In this document: piece after piece, positions 14,546 through 26,205 of the stretch
Position numbering within the stretch: position 1 is the first letter of the stretch
Layout: each line of letters opens with the position of its first letter
Assembly (NCBI GenBank): GCA_013239625.1
Contig: MU053482.1
Coordinates: 905,168-969,167 of the forward strand
Source: Lama guanicoe
Taxonomy: Eukaryota
Direction of reading: 5' to 3'
Length of the DNA stretch: 64,000 nt
Program-made: the position numbers and the translations under genes
The notes under the pieces: model-generated
Seen by the model: only the letters and a program-made list of their open reading frames with translations
Databases searched by the model: none
What the model was told of the DNA's origin: nothing

Positions 14546-14894
14546 GGATCATTAAGCGGTCGTCCCACAGTGTTCTACGCGCAGCAGTAGCGTGGTTTTC
14601 CTTTGCAGTTTTATCATTGCCACTGACTGGAAAAATTGCTTATGTACTAGGAGTCTTCAGAAGAGTTCAACGTGAGAGTTTTACTGTATTTATTCAAACT
14701 ATATTCACCCACCTTGAAATTTGGGAGATGTATTTGACTCTTTACAGCCCTGATTTATATTCTGCTGCCTCTGCCGTCTCCACTTCTTGATAGCTAAGGT
14801 GACTGAGAACTTCCATCAGCAGGTGCAGTGTCCCATTCCTAACTAGTCTGAAGTGAGGCAGATGTATGTTATTATCAGGACCTTGATTCCTTCA

Positions 14895-15180
14895 GGGAAG
14901 TGAGTGGGTAGGGGTGAAATAGTCTAAGAGAATTAAGAGGTACAAGCCTCCAGTAATAAAATAAATAAGCACAGGGATGTAACATGCAGCATAAACAGTG
15001 TGGTCAGTAATATAGTACTAATGTTGTAAGGGGACAGATGGCCATTAGACTTATCTTGGTGATCATTTCATAATGTATGCAAGTGTCAAATCACTGTGTA
15101 GTACACCTGAAACTAACATAATATTGTGCATTAGCTGTGTTTCAGTTTTTAAGAAGTGAGAGACCAAAAGACAAAAGAAA
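14895..15180 (+). mobile_element. 5'-truncated LINE-1 3' end with target-site duplication
   Basis: L1 3' UTR (AATTAAGAGGTACAAGCCTCCAG..GTACACCTGAAACTAACATAATATTGT) flanked by ACCTTGATTCCTTCA (14880-14894) and ACCCTGATTCCTTCA (15181-15195). Confidence 0.85.
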
Positions 15181-15354
15181 ACCCTGATTCCTTCAAATCT
15201 CGTAGAGTTCAGGATGATCACTCTGGTATAATTGGTTTAGACATCACCTCATGGATAAACTAGCTAGCACAGTGCCTAGATTTTTTTAAGTGTGGCTGCC
15301 ATTGTTGTTATTTACAATTGACGTGCTGGGCCTGTGCACCTAGGGAAGTCCCTG

Positions 15355-15535
15355 GGTTGCAGTAGAGTGTAGTGATTCAGAATAAATGGCATGAAATCTA
15401 GTAGACTGGAACTCAGATCCTACACCCATCATTCACTAACTGTGTGTTACTGGTCAGGTTACTTCATCACTCTCTGCTTTGTTTCCCTTACCTCTAGGAT
15501 AGAGATAAGAGTGCTCACCTCATGAGGTTTGTACA
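15355..15535 (+). mobile_element. MIR SINE
   Basis: Core CACTAACTGTGTGTTACTGGTCAGGTTACTTCATCACTCTCTGC..GTTTCCCTTACCT..CACCTCATGAGG. Confidence 0.6.
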
Positions 15536-15878
15536 CCCCTCCATTTACGTGTTAGATCCAATGTTGAGCTGATATTTGTGGAGTACCTGCTGTATATCAA
15601 GCACTGCTAACTTCATGCTAGCAAGGCAAACAGCACAGCAGCACGTGTACTTGGCTGCTGAATTAAGGAGGATTCACAGAGACAGAGCGGGAGCAGTTGG
15701 TGGTTATCCAGATGCATTCTAGGGGAATGCGCAGAAATTCACCAGGATTAGACATCAGCTTTGGGAGGGAACTCCTACATTTGGGCTCTGGGGCTTTTGA
15801 GTTTTACAGTATAGGAAGTGCCAGCCTCTACTCAGGAATAATTAGGGGTTAGGGTACACTCGCAGTGTGTCATGACAG

Positions 15879-16270
15879 AACCTTAGCTTTAACCCTCTTG
15901 TCATTCACTGCTCATGGTTGGGGCTTGAAGAAATTGAGGCCTTGATAATAAATCTGTCTGCCTAACTTCAGACTGGTTAAGAGGACACTGAGACCCCTGC
16001 TGGAGGTTTTTGGCCAGCCCAGCTGTCAAGGATGGTAGAAAGCAGAGACAGTAGAATATGAGTGGGGCTGCAAAGGTGTTACTGTGACTCACACCTCTTC
16101 TAAGATGTTAGGGGGCTGAGGTAAAAGTCTTGCAATTGGAGCTATATGATGGCGAACTAGTGGCAGAATTTACTACATCAGCTTTCACGACTGGGGAAGC
16201 GTTAGCTCTTTTCTGTCCAAGCTGTGCAGCTGGCCATGATCGATTGCCTTAAAAAGTGGACCTTCACGAG
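15879..16270 (+). pseudogene. Gene A decayed C1-set constant-domain exon (3' end approximate)
   Basis: Phase-1 acceptor (AG 15877-15878) is in frame with SVC(15959)LTSDWLRGH*DPCW (Trp exactly 14 codons after Cys, as in Ig CL) and with SC(16223)AAGHD. Neighbouring frames give EEIEA, SYMMAN and YISFHDWGSVSSF. Confidence 0.65.
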
Positions 16271-17632
16271 TTTCCATTGAACTTTGCATAAGGCCAGTGT
16301 TTTGTGGGAGGCCACTCTGCCGGGGATTAGTTTTAGACAAGTTAATCCTGATGGCTTAGCTAAGCAACAAAGACACTGGTGAACAACAGTAGATAGTATT
16401 AATCCTCAAAGGAATTAATGTTCAAAAGGGAAGATAGACTTGGGTGAAAAGTGTAAAATTTTAACTACAGTAACCACTATGAAAGAGACGCATAGTGCTA
16501 CGAGATGCTATATTTAATAAAGGTTTGGTGTAGTATAGCACATCAGAGAATGCATCCTTAAGGAAGTGATGATTGAGGAGTGAAAGACAAATAAACTAGA
16601 TTTCTGTGAAAGTTAAGTGAGACAATACATTAAAGCATGTAGCACATAGTAAGTTGTCAGTAAACAGACTGTGTTTTTTTATTACTAGTCTTTTTGACAT
16701 TAACATAGTTTTTGCTGAAAGTTTAAGCTGTCCAAATGAGTGAAGGTACACAGATGAATCACTAACATATTAACTTACAAAGGCACACCTTACAGTTGAT
16801 TAACAGGAGAGCAGAAATAAGGAATACCAAAATGTGGATCCACAAATAAGGAAGGCAGAGAATATGAGATCAGTTTGAGGTCAAACTAATAAGAAAATGA
16901 ACAGGTAAAATGTAGAAACTAGGAAACAGGCATGGATTGTCTGGATTAATACCCTGGAATGAGCTGCATATGCCCTGATACCCTCTTTAAAATCTCAGGG
17001 TCACTTTCAACAGAGAAAGTCATTCTTAAAGGTGGCAGGGCTGTCTGAGTCTGAGGTGAACCAGATACTGTCTTTACTCTTAAGGCACTCATGGTCTAAG
17101 GTGGGTGACAGGTTGTCCCGCATCAAACTACCTAGAGTGCAAAATGGAGAGAGATGAGTGCTATGAGGTAGGCGTGGTCAGTGTGCTGAGGGAGCAAGTG
17201 AATTCTGACTAGAGGAGGGCTTTTCAGAGGATGTGAATTTCAAGGTTTCCCTGAAACAAAGAAGTTCCTCTGTAGTGTGTTATGTTACCCACTTTAGATA
17301 CAGCTAGGTCCATTTGTTTCATCTGTAGTGAATTTGGGGGGTTTCCTCATCTTTGTTGATTTTTATTTCCCTCTCTACTAATTTACATGTACGTTATTCC
17401 ATTGCCAATTGGAAGCCATTGAAACTTCTGAAGATAGGAGTGGTGATGTCAGCTGTTTTATAACATATTTAACTGTTGCATCCCTGGCATCTGAAAGATG
17501 GACTGCAGGGGAAGGTTGGAGGCAGAGGGCCATCCTGTACATGATGAGGCTTAATTTGTTTTTTATATTTAAATAATTGCCCTAGTGCATTAAGAAGCTG
17601 GCTAGGAGAAAATGTTTTCTGACTCTGAACAG

Positions 17633-17783
17633 AGGATAACCCAGGAAGACCGCTCACTAGAGGGCACCAAAAGCTTAAGGATTGTGGCTTCGTGTTTCCT
17701 TCCTTGTATCTGCCTTGAGCTCCAGGGCCAGTGGCTTCTGGCTGGGTGCTGCCTTTCTTCAGGATATAATGAAAATGAAATAG
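17633..17783 (+). pseudogene. Gene A candidate connecting-peptide/transmembrane exon
   Basis: Acceptor TTTTCTGACTCTGAACAG; hydrophobic stretches (CGFVFPSLYL; LVSALSS..GFWLGAAFL) followed by a short basic tail IMKMK* (TAG 17781-17783); frameshifted. Confidence 0.35.
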
Positions 17784-17829
17784 AGGCAACTGGAAGTCTT
17801 CATCCGATCAGATAATGAGCATTATATGC

Positions 17830-18350
17830 AGTTGGAAAGGCCAAAATTGTATCCAAATCTATGAAAGTATGCAAATTGGTGGAAAAGAGAGTAATTCCAT
17901 AAGTAGTGGTGGCTTAATTGGCTAGGTTGTTTGGAAAAAAAATTTATATATCCTGTCATTATAGTCCAAGATAAGTTCCAGGTGAATTACCTCTTTTTTT
18001 TTTTCTTTAGATAAGTTTTTTTTTTTAATTTTTGGTAAAATACTCGTTAAATTTACCATTTTGATGTTTTTAAGCGCACCATTCAGTGGCATGAAGCACA
18101 TTCACACGGTTGTGCTGCCATCATTCTCTTCCATCTACAGAACTTTTTTCATCTTCTTAAATGGTGGATTAACATTTTAAATATAAAAAATAGAAACTGC
18201 AAAAAGCTTTAAAGAAGATGTAGATGTGTTTTTTATGTAATCTTGAGTTTGGAAAGATTTTTTAGGCCCCAAAGTAGAGGTATCAAAAATTATATATTTC
18301 TTCATTTGATTGCATGAAGGTAAAACTTTATTTCCTTTTAAATAAATAAA
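17830..18350. mobile_element. Nested LINE-1 fragments (old + strand piece interrupted by a - strand 3' end at ~18000-18160)
   Basis: Poly(T) plus AAATTTACCATTTT..CCATTCAGTGGCATGAAGCACATTCACA inside a decayed L1 ORF2-like A-rich sequence. Confidence 0.6.
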
Positions 18351-18424
18351 TGTATTTATCATATGTATTTATACATATGTATATTCCTTCTGTTGGCAGA
18401 ATTCATCTTCATATGATTAGAGAG

Positions 18425-18680
18425 CTCTAACACTGAGGTCCCTGTTTCCTTGCTGGCTGTCACCTGGGGACTGGCAGCAGCTTATTTCTTCAAAGCCTGA
18501 AGGAGAGTCTCTTCAGTTTGCTAATGCAGACTCTCATATGACACCAGACCAGAACATTAGTCTCATATAACATCTCCATAACATCTCCATAAGCATGGAG
18601 ACCCCATATCCCATGATCCAGGACATCCCATCACCTTTGCCATGTAATGTAACACAATACAAGGAATGTCCCCTCTGTAT
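18425..18680 (-). mobile_element. MLT1-type MaLR LTR fragment
   Basis: CTGAGGTCCCTGTTTCCTTGCTGGCTGTC..GGCAGCTTATTTCTTCAAAGCC..CATCCCATCACCTTTGCCAT. Confidence 0.6.
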
Positions 18681-19009
18681 CTGCTTGTCATATGGAGGAA
18701 ACATGAAATGTGAGTTTTAAAAAGATACTAAAAAATTGGATGAGAATAGGAATTTTGTGGGGCTTTGTTAAGTAATGTATAGTCTATAGTTGTATTTTCT
18801 TTTTAAAATAAATTTAAAGTCTAAAATTCATATTGGAACTTATTACTATAAAGAAAGTATACAGTTTTTTTAAAAAAAGGTTTTATATACTTAGGATAAT
18901 ATCAAAATATTGGTGTAAATTATGCTGTTATTTAGTCTGTTTAGCCTAGTATTTTTCAAATTCAAAAATAGAAAATTGAGAGATGCTAAGTGATTCCTTT
19001 GAGTAGGCG

Positions 19010-19220
19010 TTAAGATAATTTATCTCATTTAGTCTTCACAACAACCCTATGAAGTAGATGCCTTTTTTATACCCATATTACAGATGAGGACACTGAGGCA
19101 TAGAGAAAGTGAGTAATTTGCCCAAGGTTACAGAGATAGAAATTTGGTGAAGTAATAATTTTAATCCAATTAAGTGGCCTCCTAGAGCCCAAGGTTTTAC
19201 TTCCTAGGTTATACTGCCTG
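19010..19220 (-). mobile_element. MIR SINE
   Basis: ATCTCATTTAGTCTTCACAACAACCCTATGAAGTAG..TTACAGATGAGGACACTGAGGCATAGAGA..AGTAATTTGCCCAAGGTTACA. Confidence 0.85.
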
Positions 19221-19413
19221 AAAAACTGTCACTATGCCAGGCAGGCCAGGGCATAAGAGCCCAGGTCTCTGTGATGTCAGTCCAAATGACTCAGTTCTAG
19301 GAAAAAATACTAAATGGGGAATATTCTCCCCCTATTTAATAAGCATTCATATTTCAGAATTATAGAAAATGTTTATTGAGAAGAACTGTATTAAAAATTA
19401 GGATGTAGATTAC

Positions 19414-19600
19414 TTAACAAAGATGAAGCTTCACACAATCCCTAGTTTCACCCAGTATCCTTGTATAATTCACACTTCACACTCCCCCAGGGAGAAGATA
19501 AAAGGATAGCACAGGAGGACCTCTTGGGTGGCTGTTGTGGCATTTGAGGGTTACTGCCTGGTCTTAATTACTTTTATCATTAATTTCTTTACACTTAGCA
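19414..19600 (-). pseudogene. Gene B candidate connecting-peptide/transmembrane exon (5' boundary uncertain)
   Basis: One minus-strand frame reads AKCKE...VLSFY(19500)LLPGGV*SVNY(19467)TRIL...HLC* (TAA 19416-19414), resembling the TCR-gamma TM motif YLLLLLKSVVY; AATAAA on - at 19377-19372. Confidence 0.45.
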
Positions 19601-20090
19601 TTTTATCCCTCAATCACATTCAGTCTTGGTTTTGAACTAAGAAATCTCAGTCTTAAATTGGAATTGATTATGTGTGTTTTTAAAGGTCCTACAGTGATTT
19701 TTTTATATAAAATGCAGAGTCAGGCTCAACTTTGTCAGAATCTTAGGAGACACACTACCTTCATTTGACCCCTTTCTGGTGGCAATTGTCTAGCTATAAT
19801 TTGAGATAAATCCTTAGTATTTGATTCCCTGGTCAAGCATGCCCTCACCTGCATCCTCCAGCTACCTCACAGGCAGCAACTTGTTGACTCTCGTCTGGTT
19901 TGAGATTATAAACTCATAAATGTCCTAATTTTTCCATTACATTATAGTACCATATGCTTTTATTTTCCCAGTAACATCAAGGTACATAACAGGGTTCTGT
20001 CGCAAGTCTTGAATTTGTGCCAGAGAACTAGATTGTTACAACATTCTTGTTTTCTTCTGTGTTTTATTTCATTATTGAGGCCACAGGTAC

Positions 20091-20390
20091 CAGTGTATGG
20101 CTACAGCCTTCCTTTTAGTCTGGACATTTGTTATGTGTTTTTCTCCAGACCTCATTATGTGTTTGGGTAAGATTCTAAACCTTCTACAGTTGGTACGATG
20201 GGTGTTTCCACCGAAATTAGAGACCTGGGAAAACGAACCATTTATATAATATTTACTTCAGGGAACATGTTCTCGGGATAGTAATCAGTCTGGCCATTTA
20301 GGCAGGCTGGAAATGCAGTTCCATTCTTCAGATGCTCAGTGATTTCCAAGAAGAGATCCAACCCACTGGAGAGGAACGCATGGCACGGGG
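20091..20390 (-). pseudogene. Gene B decayed C1-set constant-domain exon
   Basis: Acceptor TTCCCTTCCACAAG (phase 1) is in frame with LFLEITEHLKNGTAFPAC(20304)LNGQTDYYPENMFPEV (cf. Ck EQLKSGTASVVCL, TCRg EKFFPDVI). KW at 20240 and EVWRKTHNKC(20126) share a shifted frame. Cys-Cys distance 178 nt; 300-nt exon to weak donor CTG|GTACCT. Confidence 0.65.
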
Positions 20391-21279
20391 CTTGTGGAAG
20401 GGAACCACGTCGTGTTTGCAGCTGTCCTCAGCCTCCCGTCCCCTCATTTTGTAAAGATGAATTCAGTGTTTCTTCTGGCTGAGCAAGCTTCTGAAAGGTG
20501 GAAATGCAGACATATGACACCGATTATAGTCTCTAACTTTGAATATTTACCTCTCAGTCCAGTGGGGAAGAAAAGACACAAACTAGAAATTGTAACCCAG
20601 CTCACATATCAGAGTACAAATAAAAGCACTTCACACGAGCAGCGGAAAACAAGCTTTTGCTTTGGCATAGAAGGAAAATTGAAGACCAGAAATGAACCTA
20701 AATAAAAGGCTGCAGTGAAGTGGGGTTTTGATAAAGCCGTTGTGTGTTTCCTCTTTTATGTCCAGTGAAATGTTTTTGACAGCAGAATTCCAAAAGTACA
20801 TCACAACAGGGAATTGAAAAATTGCTTTCTAGAAGCTTTGAAGAAGCACCATTTCCCTGATGCAAGGAAATCATAAATATTACGAAGGTTTTGATATACT
20901 AAAATAACAAACTAAGAAGATTAGTTTTCACCAAATGGGTTTTATGGCCTCAATAATAACACTGCTTTATTTATTTTCATTATTTCCAGTGGAGTAAATA
21001 CTCCCCATGTAACTAATATATTTGGATTAACTCCTCTGTGCTTCATTTGTTCTGGAAAGGATTAACAGCAAAACTAGATTTATGAACCTTGAGGGAGGGA
21101 TGTGCTTTGTTGAAACACTCATCTGATTTTAGAGATGTTTCTAAACAACTATATTTATAGATACCTAGAATGACACCCCAGAGAGATGAAATTAACCAGA
21201 CCTCAGCTCTTTAAGGGTATAACTGCTGGCTAAGCAGCACGATAACTACAAAATTAAGAAAAGCAGTGGACTAATACTC

Positions 21280-21850
21280 AGTCTAGGGCTAATTTACTGT
21301 GGCGGCAGCCGGCACTTTTCTTGGCCCCAGCAGGAGGACCTGGTACTGCTGCATCCTAAGCTGTCTGGATGGTGCTTCCCCCAGCCTCAGATAGTTTCCT
21401 GATAGATGTGCACTGATTAGTTCTTGACTGGATGCTCTAGGTGGACCTTCTGCAGATGTTCAGGGTTCTCTTTGTGCTGCACTGTTCTCTCTGGTACTGT
21501 AGTCCGCATAAAACTGTGGCCTTGTTCCGCTCCAGACTCTTGTCTCTGTATCCTCCAAAAGGATTCTTAGTTAAGACCAGGCTTGGCCTGGGTGCCCCTT
21601 CTCTGCTCTTTGTGAAATAGATGTTTTTATAGAAAAACAAAAATTATGGAAATTATAGACTGGGTGCCCATGAAGCAAAATGGAATAGGAGGGTGGGTAG
21701 GGAATTAACAGAAAAAAACAATAGAATAAACTGTAACAAGGGGAAGGGCCTTGCACAAACTGATAATGACGTGTGGAGCACGGCTGATTCAATTCCCTGC
21801 ACCTGGGGCTTAGTTTTTTTATATTAAAACAGATAAATAAATGATCTTTC
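21280..21850. mobile_element. Old LINE-1 fragments (5' region on -, L1ME-like 3' end on +)
   Basis: CTTCTGCAGATGTTCAGGGTTCTCT..TCTCTGGTACT.. and GGGCCTTGCACAAACTGATAATGA..CAATTCCCTGCACCTGGGG blocks. Confidence 0.5.
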
Positions 21851-23279
21851 CAGGAAAGACAAGGGCAGCTAGTATGATCTGACACTTCAGAATAAAGTCT
21901 TCTTTATTATAATAAGTAAGGCTGCTCCAGAAGAAAGTCCAGCCTCCTGCTTGCTTGCTCTCAAGTAGATATGTTAAGTTCCAATGTCAGTATGAACCAG
22001 GCAGGTCACGTATTCTGCAGAATAGCCGCCAACTCTTGGCCGACAGGCATTTGTGAATGTGAGCTAAGTATTGTTAGTCTCTATTTTTCAAAAGAAGCCA
22101 AAAATATAATTTTTATGTAAAATCTCCCAATTTTTATTTACAATCTAATTTATAAAGTTTAAACCACTATGTGAGTCCTAATTATGCTCATGGGCCAATG
22201 ATTTAATACATCTGAACAGATATGAAACCTGTCAGTAGCTAAACTCCACCCACAGATACAGAACTTGTAAGTCTTATTCCCTTATTATTAAATGTGAATG
22301 GACAGCTGTGGATCACCACACATTTAAGGAATGCCTGCAGCGTGACCATTACTATCGCACATAGTAATCTCCTTTCTAAGTCTAATAACTATTTCCCCAT
22401 CCCTACTCTGTAAATTCTAGAAGGTCAGAATCCTTATTGGCTTGCTGGGCTTATGGGAAATTAGATACCTAATCTAGACTGTGATTCACATTGCAGAATC
22501 CTGTTATACTGATAGATGGGTCACCTCTGACTCCACACTGCCTACAGAGTAAGAGAAGTGTCACCACAGCACCACAGAGTGCTGGGATGTATTAAAATTG
22601 ATGTAAAATTTTTGTGAGAAACACCACCATGTCAGTGTTGTTCATTGTTCTTGATGAGATGCATCGGGCTCCGCAGGCTTAAGACAAGATTTGATGACAG
22701 GACACTTTCTTTGTTGCTTTTGTTATATGTTATCCTGGGATATTTTTAGAACCATGTAAAAGGAAAGTGTCAATTCCTTCATACCTCCTTCCATTTTTTA
22801 GAGTAATAAGACAGAATAAGGTCAAGCAAATATTTTATTGTAATAGCCTATATACTTTTAAGAAATAATTAGAACAAATCACAGATTTCTTAGTTTGACC
22901 TAGAATCTTACCAGGGATTTGTGCTTTAAGATTGATGAATTCTGAGCTTTTAATGCAAAAGTTGAACAGAGGAATTTGCTTGATTATCTGGGTCCTTGAT
23001 TCCCTAAGTAAAATTCTGTGCCTTTAATGATTCTTTTAGTGACCAATGTCTACATATTTCTCCATTCAAAACTGTTTGCCACTTATAATGGAATCTTGTT
23101 TTCTTTTTAGTTTAATGAAATGTTCTGAGCAACTACCAAAGCACAAGGGTAGGGTGGGGAGGGATACAAATTAGATCAGATGTGAGCTTCACACTCAAAA
23201 TGCTCATGCTCATCATGCTGAAAATTGCTGGTTGTTTGCATTAGGTCCAAAAAGAAAGCTATATTATAGTTCGCCAGAA

Positions 23280-23660
23280 ATAGAATAATGTAGGCTAAAA
23301 ATTGTAGGCTCTGGAGTCAGATTGCCTGAATTCTAATTAGCTCCACAATCTAATAGCTATGTGACCTTGGATAAATTACTAAACCTTTCTGCCTCTCTGT
23401 TTTCTCGAGTGTAAAATTGTAGTAAGAAATGGGCTACTATCACATAGATTGCTGTGCAGATTTAATGTAATGCTATTTGTAAAAGGTTGAGAGCTGCTTC
23501 TGGATTCTCATGTTATATGGAAATTTGGGATTTGGCTCCTGTAATCACTCTTTGAAACAGATTTTATTATGCCATTTGGTGATAAGAAAACCAAGGTTTA
23601 AGAAGATCGAAAAACTGAGTCCCCAGGTAGTGCCAGAGTTGGGTCTGAACCCCTATTTAA
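23280..23660. mobile_element. Two MIR fragments in opposite orientation
   Basis: GGCTCTGGAGTCAGATTGCCTG..AGCTATGTGACCTTGGATAAATTACTAAACCT (+); CCATTTGGTGATAAGAAAACCAAGG (-). Confidence 0.7.
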
Positions 23661-24302
23661 TTTTCACATTGCAAACAAGGTTCTAGAATTTTCTGGGGGA
23701 ATCACATTTTCAGATGTTCTGTGTCCTTAATGACACTGTGTCCCAGTTTTGGGTTTATAAACTCTAACCTCCGTAATCTTCACTGCCTGTTTACGAGTGA
23801 CTGGGATTTTCAGGGCTCAAGTCTCAGAAAGTGATTAAAGAAGGGGAAGGTTGAGAAAAAGAGCAATGCTTTCCTTTTCAGGGAAAGTTCTTTTTTTCAA
23901 CCCTAGTCTTGCACAGTGATGCCAGTTGGTGTGATTTAAGGAAAACCTTTCTGCTCCAAACTTCTTTCCTGAGAGATAGAATGGACAAACACCCCAGAGG
24001 GACATCAGTTGGCTCTCAGAAACTTAGACCCTTGTGTGGCTTGATGTAATCAATTTGCTTTCCTGATACAGAATTGAGCTGAACTGAAGGAGTGAATAGA
24101 AATTTTGTTGGGATAAGAATAAAATAAGGAAGACAATGGCACTATTGAATGCCATGATAAAAGTAATAGGTGCATAGCAGATCAAAAGAAAGGAGGAGAG
24201 AATTTAGGGAGGTTGAAACAAGCAGCCATAAGAGGGACAGAGATTGAGGGCGGTGTGGTATATACAGGTGGACATATGAGAGAAGGCATAGAGGACTCTG
24301 TA

Positions 24303-24432
24303 CTCTCGCTACTCAAAGTGTGGTCCTGGGATCAGCTGCAACACATCCCCTGTTAGACTCCACCCACAATTAGAATCTGCATTTTAATAAAATCCCCAAA
24401 TAAGTTGACTACGCATTCAACTTTGAGAAGAG
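24303..24432. mobile_element. MER5A hAT-Charlie MITE
   Basis: CTACTCAAAGTGTGGTCC..TAGAATCTGCATTTTAATAAAATCCCC..CATTCAACTTTGAGAAG. Confidence 0.75.
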
Positions 24433-24899
24433 AGCATCAAAGGCACAAAGGTGGAGTGATGAAAGAAACATTCAGATGAGTGGTGGAAGGAGCATCCTAA
24501 CGGATGAGCTGAAAATGCATGTAAGGAGATCCAAAAGTACCAGGAGAGGGGTGCTCGTACAGCAATCTGTGGGTAGTTCTGCTGATTGTGAATTACATGT
24601 TAGTCTCCACTCAGGCTTTCAGAGCCTCAGCAGTGTGAGAGAAAGCTAGGAAGCTTTTTAAGGAATAAAGTTATTGGAGATTCCTAAAGGATTCCGATAT
24701 TATTGTTAGTTTTAATTTTCAGCTTTTGGTGCTGCATGTACATTTTTGGTTCCCTTTTTGTTTGGTGGGTAATTTTAGTTGAGGAGGCTGTATTATGGGG
24801 AGCTGTCTAGAAGTAATTTGACATGGGAAGTGACTCCCATCAGCTTAGCTTCGGAACATTTTTGCTGCTTCTCAGCCTCATTCTTAAACCATTCCTTCA

Positions 24900-25700
24900 A
24901 AGGTCCTTTTGCAAGGCTTGCTTCTTCTGAGCATGCCTTTGTTTCCAGACCCTGTCTTTAGCCATCTCTTCTCTTTTCACAGAACAAACTTCTCTAGGTT
25001 GTTCCATCTGTTACCGTGGATTCCACTATCACCAGTACACTGGTGCCTCTCAGAGGTACATCGTCAATCTTGTTCAGTCTTCAGGGCCCCACATCTACTG
25101 CTCAGTTTCTTACTGAATATCCAGGAGGCAACACAGACTCAACAGATCACAAACTGAATTCATCATCTTCTCCCTGACACACTTTCTCCTTTCTCTATGC
25201 TCAGTGAGTATCACCGCCATGAACTCAGTCTTCCATGTGAGGATCACAGATGTCCCCCTACGTTCCTGGTTTTTCCACACTTCCCACCTTTAATCACTAG
25301 TAAAACATTGATTTTTATCTCCTTAACGTGTCTTGCATCCACTTTTATGGTCTCTTCCCTGAAGTATGACAAGTCTCTTACTGTTTCTCATCTTCAGTCT
25401 AGCTTCCTTAAATTATAATCTCAATGCTGCTGACAGTGTGACATTTTAAAAATGTTAAGGATATCCTGATTCTTCCATGTTAAAACTAGGCAATAGCTCC
25501 TCACTCTCTATTGAATAATTTTTAAACTTTTTTGTAGATCATCTCAAAAAAACCTGTATCCTGCCTACGTATACAGCTTTATATCTCACTGACAGTGTCT
25601 TCTTATAATTACCTGAATAGAAAAATCTGTTTTCTCATACTTCCATACCTCTGCCCGTACTATGCACTTCACCTGCCCCCTCCTGTTCTCTGCCAGATGC
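24900..25700 (+). mobile_element. LINE-2 remnant
   Basis: Pyrimidine-rich L2 motifs (CAGACTCAACAGATCACAAACTGAATTCATCATCTTCTCCC etc.). Confidence 0.6.
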
Positions 25701-26019
25701 AACTTTGAGGGGTTGATCAGTGGTCATCTTACACATAGACTATCTCTTGACTGCCTCCATCTTTTATATGTACACTGAACCTTGTATAGTCTTAGATAAT
25801 AGCTCACAGATTCCACCAACCTGCTGTTCTGAGACCTTGATCTATTTACATAATTAAACTTACTCGTGGGTGCTTCACTGTAAAGAAAATACAAATATTC
25901 CTGTGAGGACGGCATGGTCTGGGCTGAGTTGGTGCTCAGGGCTGAGGAGGTAGCCTGGGGCTGGGGTGGAAAAGGCATTGTTTGTAAACAAGAGAAATGA
26001 CCAAGAAAGAATATATATT

Positions 26020-26172
26020 AAGAGAAGTGGGCGGTAGATTTTTCACTGTCAGAGAAAGGATATTCAAACACTGAAAGGGTGAATGTTAGAATGGACAGTG
26101 TTGTTAGATTGGAATTGAAGGTATTCCATGAACTCTTTATAGCTATATCTAACTGGAGAGACATGGATATAG

Positions 26173-26205
<33 letters not shown>

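Noticed and set aside
19960..20170. Plus-strand micro-exon-like AG...GT patterns
   Set aside because: No coherent frame; the region is better explained by the minus-strand C1 exon and its flank.
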